Part shown: piece after piece, positions 22,660 through 31,700 of the stretch | Position numbering within the stretch: the stretch's first letter is position 1 | Layout: each line of letters opens with the position of its first letter | DNA from: Macrostomum lignano | Lineage: Eukaryota | Length of the DNA stretch: 64,000 nt | Direction of reading: 5' to 3' | Assembly (NCBI GenBank): GCA_002269645.1 | Contig: NIVC01000622.1 | Span: 1-64,000, forward strand | The notes under the pieces: generated by a model | Databases searched by the model: none | Seen by the model: the letters and a program-made list of their open reading frames with translations, nothing else | Told to the model about the DNA's origin: nothing | Made by a program: the position numbers and the translations under genes

Positions 22660-23109
22660 ATGCAACGCTCTGGTGGTAAGTTAGATTCACATGGACTGAT
22701 AGAAAAGCTTCCTCATCCAAACAAAGGCTGGACACTTCCCGGCTATAAATATTGCGGGCCTTTGAATCCACTTGAAATTCAGTTGGATAAAAACAATAAT
22801 CCAAATCCTGGGCACGAGCCTGTGAACGAGCTAGACTCTGTCTGCATGTGGCACGATGTTAAATATAGAGATTTTCCTGAGGAGAAGAATCGCTGGGACA
22901 AAGAAATGATTAGAAGACTAGACAATATAGGGGCTTCAAGCGGGTGGAAGGAATCGATCGCTCGGAAGCTAGTTAAAGCTGTTATTTTTGGTAAGACAAA
23001 GTTGGGGTTGGGGGTCGGCGGCTGTTTGGGGGCGGGCTTTGCATTGCACGCACCAAGTAAAGAATTAGGAAGACTGCTGAAAGAGCTGGGGGTTGAGAGA
23101 GCAGAATGA
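22660..23109 (+). CDS. Parvovirus VP1u-type phospholipase A2 protein
   Basis: LPGYKYCGPLN (Ca-binding loop YxGxxx) and PVNELDSVCMWHDVKY (catalytic HD). The ORF is intact. Confidence 0.88.
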   Translation: MQRSGGKLDSHGLIEKLPHPNKGWTLPGYKYCGPLNPLEIQLDKNNNPNPGHEPVNELDSVCMWHDVKYRDFPEEKNRWDKEMIRRLDNIGASSGWKESIARKLVKAVIFGKTKLGLGVGGCLGAGFALHAPSKELGRLLKELGVERAE

Positions 23110-23364
23110 GTCAAGCAAGAAAATTCAGCTGGATTGGCGGCTGTTTTGGAGAAGAGAGAACCGGGAGGGGGATTTGCATTGCACACGCCAAATAGAGACT
23201 GCGTACATCGTCAATGCACACATCGTCAAATACAGACAGGTTGAGTTTGTCTGTATTTGAGGCAGTTTTCCGACAGTTTCTATTGAGCAAAAAAAAAATC
23301 CGACAGTTATTAAAACATAGCGGTTCACAACAACCATTTGCACCGTTTGCAGATCTTGCAGCAT

Positions 23365-23556
23365 CTATTGACCCTTTAATAGTGTTGCAATTGATCCAAC
23401 ACCTGAACCAGCTTGAGCTATTAGATTATCTTTAACTAAATTTTCTGCAGAAGTTAAAAAATCTAGAATTCCTTCTCCTTCATATCTATAATATTTTTTA
23501 TATTCTGCTTCAATAATGAAAAAAATTGACAACAAAAATATTTTAAATCTAAACAT
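23365..23556 (-). CDS. Possible small virion protein remnant (GEG motif followed by an amphipathic helix)
   Basis: KYYRYEGEGILDFLTSAENLV...AGSGVG. It lacks the A-rich start context of the other genes and may continue by frameshift. Confidence 0.35.
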   Translation of the reverse strand: MFRFKIFLLSIFFIIEAEYKKYYRYEGEGILDFLTSAENLVKDNLIAQAGSGVGSIATLLKGQ

Positions 23557-23681
23557 GGTAAAAGTGACTCAAGTGAGTCAACATGTGTTCAAAAAGATGG
23601 TATTTGTATTTTTTGTGTGAAAACACGCCACACACAAGTAGAATAATAAGTCAGTTTATTGATTTTTTGTCGCGCGCTATT

Positions 23682-24113
23682 TTAGATTCGCCGGGGAATT
23701 CGCGACCGTTGGTTGCCTTGAGGTTGAGCTTGAGCTTCAGGTTGAGCTTGAGGTTGAGCTTGAGCTTGAGCTTCAGGTTGAGCTTCAGGTTGAGCTTGAG
23801 CTTGAGCTTGAGCTTCTTGGTATGGTGGCGGTGGCTGTGGCAACTCAATGTTGCGGATGTTGCGAGTCTGCAGAGCGACTGCTTCTTGCTCGTCATAGTT
23901 TCTTTGGCGTGCTAGTTGTTGTTTAAATCGTCTTAAATTTTGGATAAACCTTTCAGTCTTCTTTAGCACTTCTTCTGAAGCGTCTACGAGAACTTGGTCG
24001 TCCATTTGATTGAATAAAGTTTCGGGCTTTAGGGTTGTTAAGACATTTCTATAAACCACAGACGTCATCTGCGCCGTAGCTCTCCTAGCTCTAACTGTGG
24101 CAAGGCCAGACAT
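23682..24113 (-). CDS. 143-aa orphan with a helical core and a (QA/PE) repeat tail
   Basis: Intact ORF with a GAAAATG start context. Confidence 0.6.
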   Translation of the reverse strand: MSGLATVRARRATAQMTSVVYRNVLTTLKPETLFNQMDDQVLVDASEEVLKKTERFIQNLRRFKQQLARQRNYDEQEAVALQTRNIRNIELPQPPPPYQEAQAQAQAQPEAQPEAQAQAQPQAQPEAQAQPQGNQRSRIPRRI

Positions 24114-24523
24114 TTTCTAGTGAATTTTTTTGTGAGGAAGCGCGGCGAAAGCTGAGTGATTAAAAAATCTACCCAATATATATGGCTGCAGAAACATAGC
24201 TTCCCCTTTTGAGAAGGGAAGAGAAATTTGTTCCTATAGTGTTTAGAAGGGAGGAAGGGAAGGGAGAGAAGGAAGAGAAGGAAGAGAAGGGAAGGGAGTA
24301 GAAGGGAAGTTCCCTTTTGAGAATAATAGAGATTGTACGGAGGAATGAAATTTGGTGTACAAAGGGTGAGGGCAGCCACACAAAGGATTGCATTCCTTTC
24401 TGTCAGAATTCTGACTAGCTGACGGAAATTTGCCGCGTTTCTGCAAATTTCCGTCAGCTGACAGATATTTGACGCAATAAAACACTCACCATTTACTATA
24501 AGTAGTTTTTTCCTAACCCTAAC

Positions 24524-24694
24524 CTCTGTTGCTGGAGGACAGATGGTGGTAGAGAAACCAAATCCAGTGAAAAGAGTTGTATTGAGTAATAAGGAGATTC
24601 ACGAGATTGTGCTACAGTTTGAGACTGAAGATGGATGGGCGTTGATTTCAACGGTGAAGAGTTTGTATTGACGTTGATCATTGAGAGAATGTAA
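24524..24694 (+). pseudogene. Duplicated 3' end of the minor capsid gene inside the right TIR
   Basis: Near-identical to the reverse complement of 652-823 (one missing G, one substitution). No start codon. Confidence 0.85.
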
Positions 24695-24698
24695 GAAA

Positions 24699-24938
24699 TC
24701 ACAATTGCCTAATGATTTCTTCAAAGTTATAGTAGCTGTCATAATCTTTTACATAGGTTACTCCATACTTATGAAACCAATGTCTTTGGAGAGCTAGATT
24801 AATATTAGGGACATTGATATCAACGTTGGGCCAATATTTTCTCATGTACTCGCTGCATTCAAGTTTGCATCGGTACTTACTCTTGTAATTAGGCTCGTGC
24901 GCTTTGTAATAAGAACCTGGAGAGACAACTGGAAACAT
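24699..24938 (-). CDS. 79-aa orphan protein in the right TIR, paralog of 414-647
   Basis: Same start and core (KSKYRCKLECSEYMRKYWPNVD), with two diverged patches. Confidence 0.75.
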   Translation of the reverse strand: MFPVVSPGSYYKAHEPNYKSKYRCKLECSEYMRKYWPNVDINVPNINLALQRHWFHKYGVTYVKDYDSYYNFEEIIRQL

Positions 24939-25392
24939 TTTTATTGAGAATTTAATTTTTTAAAGGGTGAGGACCCCTGCGCTGATGATTTAAAGTCTTA
25001 GGGATGTGGTAGCACGTTGCGGATTGAATGTGGGGAGAAGAATGCAGATTATTTTCTGATTGTTTTAGAAATGTTATGGGTGGATGTCGGTGGATGATGT
25101 CAGTGTCAGTGAGCATAACAGGTGTCCACTGTCTGATTCTGTCGGGGATAATATGGATGGATTTAATAGGATTATGTTCGAAGTTTTCAGAGCAAGTGCG
25201 GCCCCTCCCCTTTTTCATGATTCTGTCAGGGATAATATGGATGGATTTAATGGGATTATGGAGGACGTTTTGTGAGCGAGTGCGACCCCCCCTTTTTTCT
25301 GATTCTGTCGGGGATAATATGGATGGATTTAGGTGGATTCTGGGGACGTGAAAAATTTTGTCCCAAAAGCCCCCTCATGCCTTCTACTCTCT

Positions 25393-25550
25393 TTGCCTTG
25401 GGGGTTGACCTTCATGACTAACTATGAATCGCACAACAACCCACCGGTCAATTTTGTGCGCAAGTTCCAAATGCATGTGGCTACTTACGGAGAATCGAAC
25501 CAGGGGCTGTGGCGCAAAGGTTCAGACGCGTTTTTCCGCTAAGCTGCTCT
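25393..25550 (-). mobile_element. 5' part of a diverged tRNA-derived SINE, cut by the Polinton end
   Basis: A-box-like CAGCTTAGCGG and B-box GGTTCGATTC. Blocks AGCCACAT..ATTTGG, TTGTGCGATT and CAACCCCCAAGGC match the SINE at 26303-26662. Confidence 0.6.
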
Positions 25551-25881
25551 CTCTCTACATCTGGACTCTAGTTGGACTGTTTACTGTACTATGATTCCGA
25601 GTAATTCTCACAGTAATTCTGTAATTCTCACAACAACTTTGTAAGTTGTTTCTCAGTAACAACTTTGAGCTGGGATTCGAAATACAGGGTGCCAGTTTGC
25701 GGTCCCATCTGTGTTAAAGTTGTACTCCGTACAAACTGTACATACTATACGCTTCCCTCGGATGCAACACGTAATTGTAGAAGCTGTGCCCTTGGTTGCA
25801 CACATGACAAAATGTAATTTAATGTAAATGTTTTTGTATTTTGCCTAGTACAGATGTCACTAACTCGATCGTACTCCACAG

Positions 25882-27935
25882 ATCGTGGATCGTAGCTGTG
25901 GAAAGCGACTCCATTGACACCACGCGAGTACTGCTGCACAGCATTGGCAAACGCGACCCGACGGTGCGCCTGCTGGGCTGCGGCCGCGTCAACTCACCTG
26001 AACCGTGCTTGTTGAATGCCAAGTGTGTGCTGTGACTTATTCTATTTATCACTGAACCTACACGATCTCTGCTTTACATTGTTCCATAGACGTAACCTTG
26101 CTCGTCATATGCTTAGTTTTCGTTTGGGGCGATGCGCCTATTTGAAGCGCCTCAGCATCAGTGACGCCAACACCAACCGTTGGTCTTTCCCCGGGTATCA
26201 TCTTTGATTTGACACCCGCAGCTCACAGTTTGACGTCTCTTGACAATCTCCAGTGCTCAAAAACACCGAATACGAGTATTTGATCGACCTGAACTGACCG
26301 TTTTTTTATTAGAGGCAGGGGGGTTGTGTGCACCCTGGCGCACTTTAAGCGACATAGGCTCACAACCGGCGAGAGGCATTACTGCCCATTCCGCCGACTC
26401 CCCTGAGCAGGCATACAAGCGCGCGGATACGTTACGCAGGCACACACTCACACAGGAGTGTACAGCGGCCCTAACTTTATCAATTGTTAGGCATGTACAC
26501 TTCACTGCGCCTTGGGGGGTTGGCTCTCAAGGCCGTTAATTGCACAAGCGAGCCAAGCCGAAATTCTAATTCAGCCCCAAATTAATGTGGCTGCACTTGG
26601 AATCGAGCCTGGGTCGCGGCACACCAGAGCAGCTGCGCTACCGCTGGGCTACGGCCCCCCATTGAACTGACCGTTACAGCGCACATATTACCTCATCCTC
26701 AATTGCACTGCTGCAGATACGCCAGCACCCGTCGCAGTCATCAACCCGGATTGTTGGTGAAGCGCACCGTAGCGGAAGAGATTGACAGAGGCCTCATCAT
26801 GTCCGCCCTGCGCAACCAGTATCTGGACTACACTTATAGGCATCTGGCACCGATGGGCCCCACTCTGTTGCTAGTGCTAGATGCTGATGTTGCCTGGAAA
26901 AGGTGAATTTCTAGTTTATTTGATGACTTTTATTGATTAAGAAGACTCAACATTACTAATAAGAGATTCAATTAATTGTCTTAAGACAACGACAATTTAA
27001 CACTCTGTCAGCTTTAGGTCTAATACAACAAATCATCGTTATAGGGTGGGTCTCTAGGGTAGGATGCAACCGAATCTGGGACGCTATATAGCATCAAGCT
27101 AGCAGGCAGTTGACGAAGCTCCAAGTGCGCGCCAGTCCTATTCAATAGAGTGCCTGAAGAGGTAGCAGCAGCACCTGCTTCGGCTACAAGCAGTTCTCTT
27201 CGGCGTGGATGATGCGGCCTGCCAGCGTTCAGGTATCAGCGTTGTAAAGTCTATTCTGACCAATGCTAGTACAACGCTGTTTTTGTTTAAACTATGCATC
27301 AGTTAGTTGCATTAAATAATAATTTTTGGCACTACTTTCGAGCGTTATTATATGCATCGCCTACTAAAGAGTAGTAGGAAAGGAGTGTGAAAAGAATCCC
27401 TATAGTCAGAGTCAAAAGTTTATCGCCCCATTATGTGCAGAGCTCTGAACATCTGGCCGATTGGGAGTTCGAATGATTATTAAGCATGCATCTGAATGCT
27501 CAAATACCTCTTCTAATTGCCGCCAGATGGAACCTGGACAACATTGCTCAAGGACTCTATTACTTTGCGAGCAGACCTCAGCTGCATCAGCTGTGCGCTA
27601 ACACGCTTAGCGAGTCCAATGAGCTGCAGGACCCCTGCTCGCTGACATTTTACAATAACAAGCAGTTTGGAGAGGAACGCAAGCTGCCTACAGTTCACTA
27701 CAATCACGTCATGGCCAACCTGTCAGCAAAAAGCCACCTGCCGCCTATCAAAGTAGCCAGCTGCTTTCAATCATTTGCATTTTATAGACTGCAATACCTG
27801 GCAAACAGAAGGCTATTTTATCAACGAGCCCATGGTGAATGGATTTGCGAGCACAACACTTTGTCTAGGCAGCTGGCTGAGGTGTACATTGATCCGCTAA
27901 TGCGTCTCGCAGTCCGACGTGCCTATGTTGGCTGA
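25882..27935 (+). CDS. 3' exons of a GT-A fold glycosyltransferase-like gene (Anp1/CAP59-like). Exons 25882-26022, 26090-26194 (probable), 26717-26902, 27527-27935
   Basis: All junctions are GT-AG and phase 2. The spliced product reads SWIVAVESDSIDTTRVLL...RLLGCG...MSALRNQYLDY...LLLVLDAD...VASCFQSFAFYR...CEHNTL...YIDPLM and contains a DxD motif. The 5' exons were not found in the window. Confidence 0.7.
26303..26662 (-). mobile_element. Full-length tRNA-derived SINE
   Basis: 13-bp TSD TGAACTGACCGTT (26290-26302, 26663-26675), A-box TAGCCCAGCGG, B-box GGCTCGATTCC and an A-rich tail. Confidence 0.92.
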
Positions 27936-28367
27936 GGCGTGAGCAAGAGCCTGTAGCATCCAGCGACAGTTTCGCATTCACCTTAACAGTCGATCGCATA
28001 GTAACACGCAAAATATCGCATCTGAAATTATTAAAATCAATAGCTGAAAATTCTCGACTATAATACCAGCTCTTGCTTGCTACAGTTAGGGAATTAAATA
28101 TTTCAAACAAAATTTCATCGAAATTCGTTGTTTTGAAAGAGAACACCACAGAGATGGCTCAAAAATGGTTTATTGTTTCATATTTATGAAAGCTTTGACG
28201 TTCATTGGAGGGTTATCCAAACTGATCGCTTTTCTTTTTTATCACGCAATTGTTTTTGATACGGTTGGGTTGAGACGAAAACCATCCCCGGATTTTTCTA
28301 TACCCATATCTCTATATGCCAAGGGTTGGAAAACTTTTTCACCTAAAGAGCCAGATGAAGAATCTAG

Positions 28368-28600
28368 CTAGAGGGGAGAGAGGAGACGGAATAGAGAAAA
28401 GAGGAGAGGAGGGGAGAGAGAAGTAGAGAAAAGAGAGGAGAAGGGAGAGGAGAGAGGAGAGAAGGTAGATGAGAGAAGAGAAAGGAAGAGGAGATCAGGA
28501 GAGAATGTAGAGGAGAGGTGAGAAGGGAGAAGAGAGAAGAGAAGATAGAGGAGAGGAGAGAAAGGAGAGGAGAGAAGAGAGAGAGAGAAGAGAGAAGAGC
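28368..28600. repeat. GA-rich polypurine tract
   Basis: Directly visible. Confidence 0.9.
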
Positions 28601-29239
28601 GCTAAAAGACACAGACCTTGAGCAGGTCTGATTGTTACAATGAAGTTTCAAAGAACCCGAGGGCCGGATAGAGGCCATAGTCCCTATCCTCTAGTAACGA
28701 TGTGCTATAGTCCCTACATGCATGTTGTACTAAGCCTCTGAGACACTAGATGAGAGGAACTGCTGGTCAGTATCCCGGTACATTATGTTTATATTTACTG
28801 TGCCTAAACCAATACACGTGCTGAATAAAATATTGTGTTGCTCCTTCCCGAGTTCTTGAAGATGTTCCTAAAGTACAACTCGCTGCTCCGGAAGTAAGCT
28901 AGATAGTACCGTTGTACTACCTATCGATTTGCCTGAAAAAGAACCTAAAACGTTAGCCTTAGACTTGGTAGGGTTGCTGCCACCTTGTTGTGCGAACTCG
29001 ACGCGTCGGCACAGTTGTCTATCCGTCACCTGAAATAAAATAACGAAGTCTCTCGGAGCAAAGGCAAATCCGAAAATGTCTCGACAGTTGATCGTTCTAG
29101 TAGATGCTGCTCGAACCTGAAAACCTGAAAACCCTGAAATGAGAGAGGAGAGCTCGGAGGCAGAGAGGCAGCTCCGGACGAGGCCAGGCAGGACGACGCG
29201 AGGCTCCGCGCTGCTCCACTATCTGGAGAAAAAATGGCT

Positions 29240-30199
29240 ATGACTATGACTATGACTATGATAAGTACTTCCGGCGCCTCAGCCTAAGTAAAAAGGCTCT
29301 TACGCCACTAGAGATAATTTAGATTCCAGATTGGGAGTGTACTCATGTACACTAAAAGCCAATTAGACTATAGAGGACTGTACAGGGCAATAACATAAAA
29401 TCCAAACCTCTCCGGGAGACAGTGACAGCGGTTCGACGAACCAGTCAGGAGCCCGTGCCCAAAAACCAGGTTAGAAGGCCCCTTAGCCTGTTAGGGATGG
29501 CCCGAAGGCCTAGAGCCGTGGCAACCATGCTGGGGCCGACCGCCCACCACCCCCGGGTACATATCAAAAACCTCCCCGGGGCCAGAGGGGGTTGAGTGAA
29601 CCATTCAGGGAAGCCCGTGCCTACTCCTGGGTTAGATAAGCCAATGCCGGTCATTTGACCGCCCCCCACGGCCGTGGCAACCCGAAGGAGCCTCCCCCCC
29701 AACTAAACCCCGGGTACTCCTGCCAACAGACAGTCTCTTATCTTTGAAGCGGCAGGAGGGCTAATCGCCGGGACTGTTTCACCCTTTGCTTCGCCAACCC
29801 GCTATTTCTATTGTGACCGTGCCAACGGTCTCGTCCTGCTCAGACTCAGTCCTGGTTCTGGCACACTCCAGCTTTAATAGGGTCGCCGGCTGTACGCTCA
29901 GAGGGCGCCTGAGGGATACCGTCAGAGCACCTTGGTACAGGTATAGGCCTGCCTTCCTATACAGCTACCCACAGCCCTTCCCGATCCACTATTACCCTCC
30001 AACCCAGCCTACTCACTCATTACAAGCTTTCAGCCAGGCAGAGACAAGTTTCACAGGAGTGACTGCGGTTAGGCGTCTCTATGCGAGACAAAACCAAGGC
30101 AGAGACAAGTTTCACAGGAGTGACTGCGGTTAGGCGTCTCTATGCGAGACAAAACCAAGGCAGAGACAAGTTTCACAGGAGTGACTGCGGTTAGGCGTC
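29240..30199 (-). mobile_element. 960-bp non-coding retroposed element with 5' tandem monomers and a (TCATAG)n tail
   Basis: 15-bp TSD GGAGAAAAAATGGCT (29225-29239, 30200-30214). About 2.7 copies of a 61-bp unit at 30036-30199; ATGACT repeats at 29240-29262. Confidence 0.75.
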
Positions 30200-30204
30200 G
30201 GAGA

Positions 30205-30600
30205 AAAAATGGCTCGCGGATGCTCTGTATTTATAGCCGAGCGGACCCCCAAAAGTCACGTGAGTTTCATGCAGTGAGCGCGTGAAACTTCCTTATTTGG
30301 TCCTCTGAATCATGCGAGCGATGCGTGATCCAAGGCCAACTTCCAAATAAGGTAACCCTGTCACGCTGCTGTGGCGTGACTCAAGGTCAGCTGCCACGCA
30401 AAACTAGCGTGCACAGTCACGTGTTTTTCTGCTAAAAATAGAACTTGGGCGAATGAGTCATCCTGTTTACTCCCTCTAGGCAGCCTTTACACTCCGCGCA
30501 GGTGATGAGTCATCCAGCTATGCTTCCTCAGCGCGAGTGGGAAGACATTGAGTGTGGCTACTCGCGCCTGCTCGCCTGCTCGGGCGATGAGTCATCGGGC
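30205..30600 (-). promoter_or_regulatory. Pol II promoter/enhancer pointing leftward
   Basis: TATAAATA (30235-30228) lies 25 nt before Inr-like CCATTTT. Also two CArG boxes, four AP-1 sites and two GTCACGTG. Activity is not shown. Confidence 0.6.
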
Positions 30601-31419
30601 AGTAAACACTTCGGCCCAGCACAGGGTAACTCTCTCAAACAGGTGGACTGAGCTTCTGTGCAGCGGATCACAGCACTACTAGGAAAAGCTAGTGAATGTT
30701 GCTGAATAGCCAGTTAGCAGTCAGTCACTACAATATAATAAATTCAAAGTAAGTACATGCGATTCAATTAAAATCTGCTGCAGTGATTAAATACGCGACC
30801 ACGGTGTTAACGCAAGTCGTAGCGTACAAAATCATACCGTACCGTCGGTGCGGCTGTGTTAACTCTTCATTAATATCAAACACTGTTTTTGAAGCCGATG
30901 ATTAAAGATAGGCGATCTAGCTGTTTTTCCTGCAAACCTTCTTTTCTCTGAGCCCAATCTTTGAGCAAAGTGTAAAGTGAAACCAACACGAACAGTTGTC
31001 AGATTTCAGCAGCACGCGACCTTTTTAAGATACCCAGAATTTTTCGAAAGCCATGCTCAAACACAAGTGCTTTTATTGGGAATTTTTTATCTTTAATTCT
31101 AATTAGAACGGCCCCTTTTCTCGCACGATACTTTGTTTTTTAACCAACACATATTTATCCCGTTCGACGAATTTGCAAGGACGACTAAAAGTAACATATT
31201 CATACATGTACAGTATATATAGTAGTCCTTTTAGTAGCCCTTGCGAAATTGACCGTCGTAGTTTACAAAAAATATGTGAAATAAAGAAGGACTAAAATTT
31301 GCTGTCAAAATACATGTATTTCACATGTAGATCAACACGGGGCGTCGACCACCTAGGTGCAAAAATGAGTACCTGGTCGGCGCTGGTCGTGTGTTTTGCC
31401 GGGGTCTATGAAATTTGCT

Positions 31420-31700
31420 TGCGGAATTTCGCTTGCGGAAGTCTGCTTGCCGAACTTTGCTTGCCGAACTTTGCTTGCCGAACTTTGCTTGCGGAATTTC
31501 GCTTGCAGGAACTTTGCTTGCCGAACTTTGCTTTCCGAACTTTGCTTGCGGAATTTCGCTTGCGGAAGTCTGCTTGCCGAACTTTGCTTTCCGAACTTTG
31601 CTTGCGGAATTTCGCTTGCATGAACTTTGCTTGCCGAAGTTTGCTTGCAGGAACTTTGCTTGCCGAAATTTTGCTTGCCGAGGTTTGCCAGCCAAAGTTT
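31420..31700. repeat. Minisatellite with a unit of about 15 bp (TTGCTTGCCGAACTT and variants)
   Basis: Directly visible. Confidence 0.9.

Larger units (their letters stand above)
1..25392. mobile_element. Polinton/Maverick (adintovirus-like) endogenous dsDNA virus/self-synthesizing transposon, inactivated; left terminus lies just outside the window
   Basis: 1-823 is the reverse complement of about 24524-25339. Between the arms lie MCP, mCP, packaging ATPase, cysteine protease, pPolB and DDE integrase. The candidate right terminus ...CTACTCTCT (25392) fits the 5'-AG...CT-3' rule of Polintons. Confidence 0.95.
24524..25392 (-). repeat. Right terminal inverted repeat
   Basis: Reverse complement of 1-823 up to 25339. 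The last 53 bp have no partner inside the window. Confidence 0.9.

Noticed and set aside
26600-26662. tRNA gene
   Set aside because: The A/B boxes belong to a SINE with a body, tail and TSD. No cloverleaf is evident.
29790-29960. Hammerhead ribozyme in the 960-bp insert
   Set aside because: GAAAC is present, but no correctly placed CTGANGA core was found on either strand.
28633-30672. Solo LTR with TG...CA ends around the promoter
   Set aside because: The flanks (CTGAT vs GCACT) give no TSD, and there is no PBS or PPT. The boundaries are unproven.
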